Source: Anaerolineales bacterium
Lineage (GTDB): Bacteria > Chloroflexota > Anaerolineae > Anaerolineales > Villigracilaceae
Length of the DNA: 64,000 nt
NCBI GenBank assembly: GCA_015075275.1
Contig: JABTUU010000001.1
Location: 1,031,216-1,095,215 of the forward strand
Direction of reading: 5' to 3'
The translations under genes were made by a program, and so were the position numbers. Of the stretch, positions 9,818 to 19,302 are shown in pieces (the first letter of the stretch is position 1; each line of letters begins with the position of its first letter). The notes under the pieces were generated by a model. The model did no database searches and had not been told where the DNA came from. It worked only from the letters and a program-made list of their open reading frames with translations.

Positions 9818-10049
9818 AAGAATTCCTTCAAAAGAAGGTGAAATTTAAGGGCGCAAGGCAACTACATCTCTCGATTTGAAGCTAATTTTATCGGAATTGG
9901 AATAGATCGTACCGACAGTTTTGTTAACGTAGATCAAGGAGAGTATATAACCGGCTGCATATGGACGCGAAGAAAGCAGTCTTCTAGAGTTCTTACATCG
10001 GTAGACGTCGCTTCAACGGTCCTTCGCAACTGCCTAGCCGCCAAATGTA

Positions 10050-10076
10050 AAAGAGGAGACAACAAGTCTCCTCTTT
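10050..10076 (-). terminator. Intrinsic terminator of msrB
   Basis: aaagaggagac / gtctcctcttt stem, with a U-run on the minus strand. Confidence 0.7.
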
Positions 10077-10091
10077 CTAAGCATGGTCAGT

Positions 10092-10538
10092 CTACTTTTC
10101 AAACAGCAACTTATATTCTCCGTACCCTTCCTCTTCCAATTTCTCCACTGGGATAAATCGCATCGAAGCCGAATTCATGCAATAGCGCAAACCCGTCGGC
10201 GCAGGACCGTCTTCAAAAACGTGACCCAAATGCGAATCGCCTTGTTTCGAACGAATTTCAATGCGCTGTACAGACAGCTCATCGTCCTCGCACTCGACGA
10301 TATTATCCGCTTCCAGCGGCTGCGTGAACGAGGGCCAGCCGCAGCCCGAATCGAATTTGTCCAACGAACTAAATAACGGTTCGCCCGAAACGATGTCCAC
10401 GTAAACGCCGTCTGCTTTGTTGTCCCAATATTGATTCGCAAAAGCGCGCTCAGTGCCTCGCTGTTGCGTAACCTGATATTGCAACGGCGATAGTCGCCTG
10501 CGCAACTCGGCATCGGCAGGCTTGGTAAATACAGTCAT
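10092..10538 (-). CDS. msrB: Peptide-methionine (R)-S-oxide reductase
   Basis: [21 protein letters not shown] and RYCMNS motifs; zinc-binding CxxC pairs are absent. Confidence 0.95.
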   Translation of the reverse strand: MTVFTKPADAELRRRLSPLQYQVTQQRGTERAFANQYWDNKADGVYVDIVSGEPLFSSLDKFDSGCGWPSFTQPLEADNIVECEDDELSVQRIEIRSKQGDSHLGHVFEDGPAPTGLRYCMNSASMRFIPVEKLEEEGYGEYKLLFEK

Positions 10539-10605
10539 AAAGAAACTCCTTGTTCTTCAAATGCCGAGCGTATCACGCTCGGCATTCTTTTTGACGACTC
10601 GCGCG

Positions 10606-11094
10606 CTATCTTTCTTCCCTAATCGTCAGATTCACTACGATAGCGCGACTCGCAAGGATTAAATCCTGCGGCGCGATCATAATCTCCTCGCCCCATTGAC
10701 CCGCGCCCGTGCCGAGGATGGGCTCGTTGAGCAAGGTCGCTTCAAGGAAGGAGCGGAATCCGCTGGGCTGCCAGCCGAACGCAGGGATCGAACCGATCGC
10801 GTAGCCCGTTGTATCCTTCACCGCATCGGGCGAAGCCATCTGAATATTGCGCGAACCGATCGCTCGCTTTAAATTTCCAGAGATCGCGTTCTGATCGCCG
10901 CCAAGCATAACAAGGATGCGTTCGCCGGTCTCCGTTTGAAAGATCAGTGTCTTCACCGCTTGCCGTTCAGAGAATCCCAATACATGCGCCACATGCGCCG
11001 CGCCCTTTTCAGTTTTAGGAGAAAAACTGCGCGTTTCATAAGCGATGCCGCGTTTGTCGAGATATAGATGCGGGGGAAGTTTTATCATTTGCAT
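10606..11094 (-). CDS. YbaK/EbsC family aminoacyl-tRNA deacylase
   Basis: VKTLIF, TGYAIGSIPAFG and GAGQWG motifs. Confidence 0.85.
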   Translation of the reverse strand: MQMIKLPPHLYLDKRGIAYETRSFSPKTEKGAAHVAHVLGFSERQAVKTLIFQTETGERILVMLGGDQNAISGNLKRAIGSRNIQMASPDAVKDTTGYAIGSIPAFGWQPSGFRSFLEATLLNEPILGTGAGQWGEEIMIAPQDLILASRAIVVNLTIREER

Positions 11095-11098
11095 TCTC

Positions 11099-11995
11099 TT
11101 ATCTACTCTTCACGGCAAGATAGATGCCCGCGAGAATTAACGCGCCGCCAAACAAGGTTGTTGACGAAGGCGTTTCCTGCAATATGAAATAGGCTAAAAA
11201 CGCCGAACCAACCGGTTCGCCCAGCGTGGTCGCCGCCACAAGCGCCGCCGACAGGCGCTTCAGCGCCCAATTGTAAATAGAATGACCAATAACTTGCGGC
11301 AATGCCGCCAGTAGGAAGATCCACAGATAGGTTCGCGGCGCGAGACCAAACGGCGAATCGCCGGCGGCAGTCATCGTTAATAACAACATAACGGCGGCGG
11401 CTCCATACACAAGGAAAACGTATGGGATTAATGACATGCTTGCGCGAAGCTTCCGCCCTAAGATCAAGTAACCGCTCACCGCCCACGCTCCCACAAGCGC
11501 GAGGAAATTCCCCCACATGGCGCGTCCGCTTAACCCAGCGCCGAGGCTGCCGCGCGCGTCGAAAAGCGCGATGGCAATTCCACCAGCCAGCGCCAGCGCC
11601 AGCCCAGTCAGGGCGCTGCGAGATAGGCGTTCTTTTAATAACGCCGGCGACAACAACGCCACCCAAAGCGGGCCCGTGCTGACAAATACGACCGAGCTGG
11701 CTACGCTCGTATATTCCAGCGACGTGATCCAAGCGGCAAAATGAACGGCGAGAAAAGCGCCTGAGAAAACAGCGAGTAGAATCTCAGTCTGCGAGAGACG
11801 CTTGAGTTCAACCCAGTGACGGGTAAGCGCGAGCGGAGCAATCAGCAGCGCGGCAAACGTCAGCCGCAACGCTGCGATCGTTAACGACGAAGCGCCGCCG
11901 TTCTGCGCAAATCGAATAAAAATACTTGCGGTCGAGACGGCAAGGATTGCGGCGCTTAACGCGGCGGGGAGAAAAGACCGGCTGCGGGAATCCAT
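11099..11995 (-). CDS. DMT/EamA family transporter
   Basis: About 10 TM helices in two EamA repeats; LGEPVGS motif. Confidence 0.88.
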   Translation of the reverse strand: MDSRSRSFLPAALSAAILAVSTASIFIRFAQNGGASSLTIAALRLTFAALLIAPLALTRHWVELKRLSQTEILLAVFSGAFLAVHFAAWITSLEYTSVASSVVFVSTGPLWVALLSPALLKERLSRSALTGLALALAGGIAIALFDARGSLGAGLSGRAMWGNFLALVGAWAVSGYLILGRKLRASMSLIPYVFLVYGAAAVMLLLTMTAAGDSPFGLAPRTYLWIFLLAALPQVIGHSIYNWALKRLSAALVAATTLGEPVGSAFLAYFILQETPSSTTLFGGALILAGIYLAVKSR

Positions 11996-12075
11996 CGCCG
12001 CCGAGTGTACCCCACTTTAAGAAGGTCGTCGGGCAAGCGCATGAGTTTCGTCGCCAACAACGATGAATATCTTTC

Positions 12076-12104
12076 TTGACACTCTCTACTCACAAGGCTA
12101 CAAT
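12076..12104 (+). promoter_or_regulatory. sigma70 promoter of sod
   Basis: ttgaca-N17-tacaat; RBS aaggag precedes ATG 12135. Confidence 0.75.
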
Positions 12105-12134
12105 TTCCGTAATCATTTTTATAAGGAGACGATC

Positions 12135-12740
12135 ATGGCATTTGAACTTCCAAAACTGGCATACGCTTTCGACGCGCTTGAGCCTCATATTGACACGCGC
12201 ACGATGGAGATCCACTATGCAAAGCACCATCAGGCTTATATTACGAATTTAAATAACGCGGTAGATAAAACTCCCGAACTTGCGGGCAAATCGCTCGTCG
12301 CGATGTTAAGTGATTTAAACGCTGTTCCCGAGTCTGTGCGCGGCGTTGTGCGCAATCATGGCGGCGGGACGTACAACCATAATCTATTTTGGGAGATTAT
12401 GGGTCCAAACGCCGGCGGAACGCCGAAAGGCGAATTGGCTGAAGCGATCAACTCAGCCTTCGGGTCGTTCGAAGCGTTCAAAGAGGAGTTCGCTAAATCT
12501 GCAGGCGCGCGCTTCGGCTCCGGCTGGGCGTGGCTCGTCAAGAAAAGCGGCGGACTCGCGGTCGTTTCGACGGCAAATCAAGACAATCCGCTTTCAGACG
12601 GCGCAATCCCGATCCTCGGCATTGATGTATGGGAACACGCCTACTACTTGAACTATCAAAACCGCCGCGCCGACTATGTGACAGCGTGGTGGAACGTAGT
12701 CAATTGGGACACGGTCGCTGAGAAGTTCGCTGCAAAATAG
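12135..12740 (+). CDS. sodA: Fe/Mn superoxide dismutase
   Basis: [24 protein letters not shown] and DVWEHAYY motifs. Metal specificity is inferred (Mn-like) and not certain. Confidence 0.92.
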   Translation: MAFELPKLAYAFDALEPHIDTRTMEIHYAKHHQAYITNLNNAVDKTPELAGKSLVAMLSDLNAVPESVRGVVRNHGGGTYNHNLFWEIMGPNAGGTPKGELAEAINSAFGSFEAFKEEFAKSAGARFGSGWAWLVKKSGGLAVVSTANQDNPLSDGAIPILGIDVWEHAYYLNYQNRRADYVTAWWNVVNWDTVAEKFAAK

Positions 12741-12822
12741 AGCGATTTTCATCTTGTCAAGAGCGTGAAGATAGATATAATCTGGCAACCTTAATAAAAC
12801 AACTTCTCAAAAGGAGAGTTTC

Positions 12823-13236
12823 ATGACTCATATCATCACAAGTTTGTGCGTTCGAGATCGAGGCTGCATTGAAGTTTGTCCGGTAGAATGTATGTTGCCG
12901 GGCTTCCCGCTCGAAGAATGGCCCTGGATCTATATTGACCCCGACACCTGCATTGACTGCGGCGCCTGCGTGCCCGAATGCCCCTATATGGCGATCTTCC
13001 CCGAAGACGAAGTGCCCAGCGCCTACACCGCCAAAGGCGGCGAATATATCAGCCAAGTCGGGCTGACCGGCCACTTCGAAGGCACGAACCATCACGGCAA
13101 TCCGATTTCGATTGACACCGCCCGCCAACTCGAAGCCGGCGAAGTCCTCGACTTCACGCCCGACATCCAACCCCACTATGACTTCTTCAAAGACGGACCG
13201 GGCTACGGCGTGAAAGACGTAGACGACGGACGATAA
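12823..13236 (+). CDS. 7Fe-type ([3Fe-4S]+[4Fe-4S]) ferredoxin with long C-terminal extension
   Basis: CVRDRGCIEVCPVEC and CIDCGACVPECP motifs; about 70 extra residues. Confidence 0.8.
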   Translation: MTHIITSLCVRDRGCIEVCPVECMLPGFPLEEWPWIYIDPDTCIDCGACVPECPYMAIFPEDEVPSAYTAKGGEYISQVGLTGHFEGTNHHGNPISIDTARQLEAGEVLDFTPDIQPHYDFFKDGPGYGVKDVDDGR

Positions 13237-13240
13237 AACT

Positions 13241-13266
13241 AAAAGCCGCGCGAATGCGCGGCTTTT
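13241..13266. terminator. Bidirectional terminator between ferredoxin and hisS
   Basis: aaaagccgcgc-gaat-gcgcggctttt. Confidence 0.8.
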
Positions 13267-13310
13267 TTCTTGGATATTTCAACGCCGCCAGAAGCCGGCG
13301 CAGAGCAGAT

Positions 13311-14585
13311 TCATGCTTGTAAAATTTCTTCTACAGATTTAAAAACCGCTTCTCTCCCGACTTGAGCCTGCTCGCCCGTCGTCAGGTTTTTAACCACGAC
13401 CAAGCCTTTCTCTGCCTCGTCGGGACCCAGCACCAGCGCGGCTTTCATCTTCATCTTGTCGGCGAATTTAAATTGCTTCGGCAGTTTCGTCGGCTCAGGA
13501 TAAACCATCACATTGAGTCCCGCGCTCCGCAACTCTGCCGCGAGCGCGTACGATTGCGTCAACAATTTTTCATCGAATACAGTGACCAACACCTGCGCGG
13601 GGCTGGGCTGAAACTCAGGGATGAGTCCCGCCTCTTGCAGGATGATCCCCACCACCACATCGCCCATCGCAAAGCCAACACCAGACAACGGTTGCCCGCC
13701 GACATCCGCGAGCAAATTGTCGTAGCGACCTCCGCCGAAGATGGCGCGTCGCACCGACCCGCTGGTGTCGAACGCTTCGAAGACCGTGCCTGTGTAATAC
13801 AACAGTCCGCGCATAATGTTCGGATCGAACTTCACATATTCTTTCACGCCCAACGCTTCGAGCGCGGCGAATGTGCGAGTCAATTCATCGCTTTGCTTCC
13901 ATAAGTCAAAGTTGCCGAGCAAATCTTTCAAGCCATCGAGTTGACTTTGATTCAACCCGATCTCGAGCGCGTACGCATCCCATTTCGCGGATTCCATTTT
14001 GGCGCGGCGGTCAACGAGATTCGACACGTCCACGCGCTTATCGGCTGGGATGTCGAGCGAGTCGAACCGCGATTCCATCAGGCGCCGATTATTCACACTA
14101 ATTTGAGTCAGACTGGGGCTGAGTCCGACCGAGCGCAGGAACGTCGCCCCCACCGCGATGAGCTCCGCATCCGCTTCGGGCGAGTCTGCGCCGAGCATGT
14201 CAATATTCCATTGGAAGAATTCGCGCGCGCGTCCGCGTTGCGGAGTTTCGTATCTCCAAAACGGACCGAACGACCACCAGCGTACGGGGAAATTCAACTC
14301 GCCTTGTTTCGCCGCGATCATGCGCGCCAGCGACGGCGTGAGTTCGGGGCGCAGTGTTACCAAATCGCCGCCGCGATCTTCGAACGTGAACGATTGCTTC
14401 TTCACAAGTTCCTCGCCCGATTTCGCCGCGTACAAGTCAATCGGCTCGATGAACGGCCCGTCCCACTCCTGATAGCCGAACATCTCAGACGCCGCGCGCA
14501 CTTTTTCATAGATGAAGTTGCGCGCGAACATCTGCTCGGGGTAAAACTCGCGTGTGCCTTTGACGGAATTTATTTTGCTCGCCAT
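13311..14585 (-). CDS. hisS: Histidine--tRNA ligase
   Basis: LRPELTPSLAR, RYETPQRGRAREFFQ, RGLLYYTG and GGGRYDNL motifs. Confidence 0.96.
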   Translation of the reverse strand: MASKINSVKGTREFYPEQMFARNFIYEKVRAASEMFGYQEWDGPFIEPIDLYAAKSGEELVKKQSFTFEDRGGDLVTLRPELTPSLARMIAAKQGELNFPVRWWSFGPFWRYETPQRGRAREFFQWNIDMLGADSPEADAELIAVGATFLRSVGLSPSLTQISVNNRRLMESRFDSLDIPADKRVDVSNLVDRRAKMESAKWDAYALEIGLNQSQLDGLKDLLGNFDLWKQSDELTRTFAALEALGVKEYVKFDPNIMRGLLYYTGTVFEAFDTSGSVRRAIFGGGRYDNLLADVGGQPLSGVGFAMGDVVVGIILQEAGLIPEFQPSPAQVLVTVFDEKLLTQSYALAAELRSAGLNVMVYPEPTKLPKQFKFADKMKMKAALVLGPDEAEKGLVVVKNLTTGEQAQVGREAVFKSVEEILQA

Positions 14586-14648
14586 GATGACTCCAATACG
14601 GAAATTTTATCATGGCTTCTAAATGCTTCTTGATAATTCAACTTGCTA

Positions 14649-15558
14649 CCCATATCCATCTCATACCTTATTCGTATCACATTTACACCCGCCTCTGCAA
14701 CTCCGCTTACTGTGGCTCTGCGTCAAAGAACTCTGTCCCCTCCGCCATCCTGTCCATGATCTCTTTATTGAAGACCATTTCCCCGCCTGCGGTAAACTCT
14801 ATGTAGTTATAAAAGCTATCCACCACCGCCGTCTTGGGGTTCCTCCCAATAACCTGTGCGACATTCCCTACCCAGTTCATCAATTGGTTCCACGACCTTG
14901 CATTCTCGGGAATTTCATAAGTGGCGTCAGGCATCAAAACTCCATAATCATTCTTCCCATCTCCATCCTTATCTCCCAGCGTTTCACTAGATTTATCAAA
15001 CTCATTAGACATCTTAAATACCACCCGAAATACCTGTTGCCCGTTGACTATCATCCCCTCAATCGGCTCAAGTACTTGTTTCATCTGCGCCCCGCCAAGC
15101 ATCCTGATATACCCGCCCTCTTGCTGTGCCTCAGTCCAGTCCACTATCTCCATTCCCAATTGGCTCGTATCTATGAGGGCATTGTTGCCCACTCTCACGC
15201 CATCTATCTCCCACTCACTCGCAGGTCGGAACACACCTGCCGTTGATAGGACAGAGTCAGGATGCCATACCATACCTACATCCATGGCTAGTTGCAGTGG
15301 CTTATTCTTGAGCATCGCCTCGTACGAGCCGAGCGTCGGGTACTTGCCTGGCTTCTTATCCCGCACGCTCCAGGTATCGAGCCACCCGATTGTATTATTG
15401 AGTTTTGATAGAGTCTGCTTGAGCGCAGGCACATTCTCTGGGTTGAGCGTCAGGCACTGCACCGTCGCCCCCTCCGTCCCTTCCCAGAGACAGAGATCCT
15501 CTGGCGCAATGCTGAGTCCATTCTTCTCCAGCACGGCGATCACCTCTGGCGAGAATGG
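14649..15558. repeat. Direct repeat copy B (C-terminal domain plus downstream region); partner at 16998-17904
   Basis: Near-identical arms by eye, flanking a divergent core at about 14905-15107. Confidence 0.92.
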
Positions 15559-16675
15559 CGCCACATCTATCTTGACCTCGTACCTCTCCCACCCCGCTTG
15601 CCCCCATACCCATTTCTGCCCGTTCTCAGTCGTGACAACTTGCACTCCACTACTGCCGTCAATGCTAGAGACTGCAAGCCATACCTCACCCGCAATAATC
15701 ATCTGTTTATCCCCCACCGCCAACATCTGCGTACCCTGGTCCGCGAGCCTTGTCCACTCGTGAGTTGTTTGGTCAAAAGGAATATCCCATTCTCATTATC
15801 AATCCATAGTCTCTTGTCCCGTGGCGAGTAGTGGATCTCTCTATCTTTTGCCTGATACTCGCCCTCACCCGAGGCAAAGAATAATATATTCGTACTCTTG
15901 TCCACACTCTGTTGATAGTCTATCCCGTATCCTTCACCTGCCAGGAGCGCCGTCGGTCCCGAGAGGCTACTTGTCCACTTGTCACCCACTGGGAGCCACA
16001 CTCCTCTACTGCTTGGGTTGTCAGTAAATGCCGACATGTAGCCAAGAAGTTCGCCTGTCTCCCTATCCAGTTGCGCCCAGTACAGGGCAGACAGATCCCT
16101 CTGGGTTGTACCTTTACGACCTGCATACACACCGCATTGTCAGGACAGGCTATACCTACGCGCATATTGCGCACCACCTTACCATCAGGCGAGGCATACT
16201 CTATTATTGTCCCTCCTGGAGCAAGCGGACCTTGGGGCGTGAGAACAGGAGCCTCTTCGTCTCCTATCTGCGTCAGTTGCGGGGCATATACGATACCGTT
16301 CTTTTTAGCGTAGTTCACCACATGCCCATCTTGTAGCGCTGGCACGAGTCCGTGCTGGCGCAAACTCGCGTATTTCTCTCCATCCCAGGAAGTGGCTTGC
16401 AAGTCTTCAGGTAGGCCCATCTCCTCAAAATTTCCGATGATCCATTCTGGAGGAGCCGCGTTGGACGAATCAATCTCCGCTGACGAGGACAATTCCGCTT
16501 GCGGCGCGCTAGGCGTGACGACTAGGCGTTGTACAGGAGTTGACGTTGCGGTCAAGACTTCGGGAGTCTCGAAGACTTCCGAAGTCTGAGGGATGACCGT
16601 CGCTTGCGGCGTCGGCGCGGCGCAGGAAGTCAAGAGAATCATTACAAAGAATAGGAGTATTGATTTGCTTCGCAT
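14707..16675 (-). CDS. Large surface lipoprotein, copy B (about 650 aa), split by 2 apparent frameshifts
   Basis: Lipobox LLTSC and T/P linker. ORFs 15920-16687, 15699-16130 and 14707-15726 join if one base is added at a G-run near 16097 and one at an A-run near 15777. Confidence 0.65.
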
Positions 16676-16833
16676 ATTGTTCTCCATTTAATACGATTTT
16701 ACTCGCGTTGCGCGGGAATGAAGACCGTCCACGAATAGGCACGAATTCTCGAATGTCGGCTCGCTAATTCGTTTACATGTGCCCGTTAGGGTATTCGTGA
16801 GCATTCGTGGATGGTTCGCTGTCGAGTCAAAAT
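16544..16833. repeat. Direct repeat copy B (signal peptide/linker plus upstream palindrome); partner at 17974-18273
   Basis: cgttgcggtcaagacttcgggagtctc... and attcgtggatggttcgctgtc are shared with the second copy. Confidence 0.9.
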
Positions 16834-17013
16834 AGTTCTTGGCTCGCCCTCTCTAGGTGGAGCGTATCTTGCCAGCTCACTTTCCCTTACCTCCCACACC
16901 TTGCCAGGTAGACACGATATCCAGATATAGCGCTCGCCGATCTTGACTTGCCCCGCCCCGTACCAGCCTACAATAATAAGTATCAAGACAAGCGCTCCCC
17001 ATATCCATCTCAT
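16786..17013 (-). CDS. Small single-TM protein MRWIWGALVLILIIVG...
   Basis: 75-aa ORF with RBS-like aataaggt before the ATG and an N-terminal hydrophobic helix. The 3' end runs into a palindrome and is uncertain. Confidence 0.5.
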   Translation of the reverse strand: MRWIWGALVLILIIVGWYGAGQVKIGERYIWISCLPGKVWEVRESELARYAPPREGEPRTILTRQRTIHECSRIP

Positions 17014-17904
17014 ACCTTATTCGTATCACATTTACACCCGCCTCTGCAACTCCACTTACCGTGGCTCTGTGCCAAAGAACTCTGTCCCCTCCGCCATCTT
17101 GTCCATGATCTCTTTATTGAGGACAACTTTGCCTCCTGCGGTAAACTCTCTATGTAGTCATAAAGTCATCCGCCACCGCCGTCTTGGGTTCCTCCCAATA
17201 ACCTGCGCGACATTCCCTACCCAGTTCATCAGTTGATTCCCACGATCTTGCATTGTCTACGATAGATAAGGTTAAATCTGGAATTAAAATGCCATAATCG
17301 TTTACACCATCACCATCACCATCATATTTGATATTATCCGAAGCCACCGCAAGATCCGTAAACTTTATCACAACTCTAAACACTTGTTGCCCATTTACTA
17401 ATACCCTTCCACAGGTGCTAGTCCCTGTTTAACCTTTGGCCAGCACCGAATTGTATATACCCACCCTCTTGCTGTGCCTCATTCCAGTCCACTATCTCCA
17501 TTCCCAATTGGCTCGTATCTATGAGGGCATTGTTGCCCACTCACGCCGTCTACCTCCCACTCACTCGCAGGTCGGAACACACCTGCTGTTGGTAGGACTG
17601 AGTCAGGATGCCATACCATACCTACATCCATGGCTAGTTGCAGTGGCTTATTCTTGAGCATTGCCTCGTACGAGCCGAGCGTCGGGTACTTGCCTGGCTT
17701 CTTGTCCCGCACGCTCCAGGTATTGAGCCACCCGATTGTATTATTGAGTTCTGATAGAGTCTGCTTGAGCGCTGGCACATTCTCAGGGTTGAGCGTCAGG
17801 CACTGCACCGTCGCCCCCTCCGTCCCCTCCCAGAGACAGAGATCCTCTGGCGCAATGCTGAGTCCATTCTTCTCCAGCACGGCGATCACTTCTGGCGAGA
17901 ATGG
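16998..17904. repeat. Direct repeat copy A; partner at 14649-15558
   Basis: Same arms as copy B, with a divergent AT-richer core at about 17255-17455. Confidence 0.92.
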
Positions 17905-18105
17905 AGGCGCCTTCACCTTTGTCGGTTCGGGCGTTGCAGCGCTTGTCGGCGTTGACGCGGGAGTTTGGGTTGGCGTTGCGGTCAAGACTTCGGGAGTCTC
18001 GGGGACTTCCGAAGTCTGAGGGATGACCGTCGCTTGCGGCGTCGGCGCGACGCAGGAGACTAAAAGAATCGTTACAAAGAATAGGAATGTTGATTTGCTT
18101 CGCAT
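17056..18105 (-). CDS. Surface lipoprotein, copy A (about 350 aa), multiple apparent frameshifts (pseudogene or sequencing error)
   Basis: Lipobox LLVSC and T/P linker fused directly to the shared domain PPFSPEVIAVLEKNG...; TAA at 17056 matches the copy B stop; most indels sit at homopolymer or dinucleotide runs. Confidence 0.6.
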
Positions 18106-18273
18106 ATTGTTCTCCATCAATAACGATTTTACTCGCGTTGTATGGGAATGAAGACCGTCCACGAATATGCACGAACACCTGCACTGGCGTGCGGCGCCAG
18201 TGTGAACGAATTGGCGCGCCATTCGCCGAAGGTTCGCGGTCTATTCGTGGATGGTTCGCTGTCAATTCAAAAT
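17974..18273. repeat. Direct repeat copy A (signal peptide plus upstream palindrome); partner at 16544-16833
   Basis: Arms accgtccacgaat (18154) and attcgtggatggt (18243) match copy B, but the loop differs. Confidence 0.9.
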
Positions 18274-18416
18274 TCAACGGTTGAATTTTAGTTTATTTTT
18301 GGTATAATTTTTCGCAAGTATTCGTACCGCAAGATTTATCTTGCGATTCACTTGCTTTTACACTGCGCAAACGCAAAGTGAACTTTGCGGCACGAGGACC
18401 AACTCAGGAGAATCCA

Positions 18417-19217
18417 ATGGAAATCAACTACCAAGAAACTTCAAAAGACCTGCTCACCCGCATCGACATTCACGAAAAATACGGCTCCGCCAACATTGAC
18501 GTGTGGACGAACGAACTGCTCCAGCCCCAAGCGGGCATGAACATTCTCGATGTCGGCTGCGGCGCGGGCAAACTGTCTTTTCTGTTCGATGATTATACTC
18601 AACGCGGCGCGAAAATCACGGGCGGAGATTTCTCGGAAGAACTGCTCGACAAAGCGCGCGCAAAGAACAAAGAACGCGGCTCGAACATTGACTTCGTCTT
18701 TTTGGATTTCAACAAGCCGTTCAACTTTGCGGATAACTCCTTCGACCTCTGCACGAGCGCCTTCGCCATCTACTACGCTTCAGACCTCGACTTTACATTT
18801 GGTGAGGCTCATCGGGTACTTAAAACAGGCGGACGGCTTTTCGTCTCGGGTCCATTGCCCGAGAACAAGCAGATGTTCTACGAGATCATCAAAGAAGCCA
18901 CGAGCGCGACCATCCCGCCGATGCCTGGGTCGAGTCGCTTCAAAGGCGACATCTTCAACACCATTGACCGCATCTTCGCCAAGACCGAATTGCACAAATT
19001 TGAGAATCACCTCACCTTCCCCGCCGTTGCGCCGTTCATCGAATACGTCCGCGCCTCGTTGAGCGAAGACCGCAAACTGTGGACTTCCATGTTCAACGGT
19101 CATGACGAATACGAAGCCCTGATCGGCAAGATCGCTGACGTGGCGAGCCGCTGGTTTGAACGCGATGGCAAGTTGGTAATGACGAAAGTTGTGGGCGGGA
19201 TACTCGCGACGAAATAG
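18417..19217 (+). CDS. Class I SAM-dependent methyltransferase
   Basis: ILDVGCGAGK motif I, GGDFS, FADNSFDL and RVLKTGGRL; RBS aggag. Confidence 0.9.
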   Translation: MEINYQETSKDLLTRIDIHEKYGSANIDVWTNELLQPQAGMNILDVGCGAGKLSFLFDDYTQRGAKITGGDFSEELLDKARAKNKERGSNIDFVFLDFNKPFNFADNSFDLCTSAFAIYYASDLDFTFGEAHRVLKTGGRLFVSGPLPENKQMFYEIIKEATSATIPPMPGSSRFKGDIFNTIDRIFAKTELHKFENHLTFPAVAPFIEYVRASLSEDRKLWTSMFNGHDEYEALIGKIADVASRWFERDGKLVMTKVVGGILATK

Positions 19218-19220
19218 AAA

Positions 19221-19292
19221 TGTCGTTGCGAGTCTTCGAGAAGCAATCTCCTCGTCAACCAGAAGGTTGCTTCGCTATCGCTCGCAACGACA
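19221..19292. repeat. REP-like palindromic element
   Basis: tgtcgttgcgag / ctcgcaacgaca terminal arms and inner gaagcaatc / ggttgcttc arms. Confidence 0.75.
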
Positions 19293-19302
19293 TGGAAATA
19301 AT

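Noticed and set aside
9818-10049. Possible riboswitch (for example c-di-GMP) upstream of the beta-helix gene
   Set aside because: I could not match the conserved elements on either strand; a covariance-model search would be needed.
14623-15763. Long plus-strand ORFs (14623-15246, 15044-15763, 16943-17236, 17630-18019)
   Set aside because: They are antisense shadows of the lipoprotein genes, recurring only because the DNA is repeated.
14649-17904. Diversity-generating retroelement TR/VR pair
   Set aside because: Differences are not adenine-specific, both copies are full genes, and no reverse transcriptase or Avd is in the window.
16724-18273. CRISPR array
   Set aside because: Only two palindromic units 1.4 kb apart with genes between them; no regular spacers and no cas genes.
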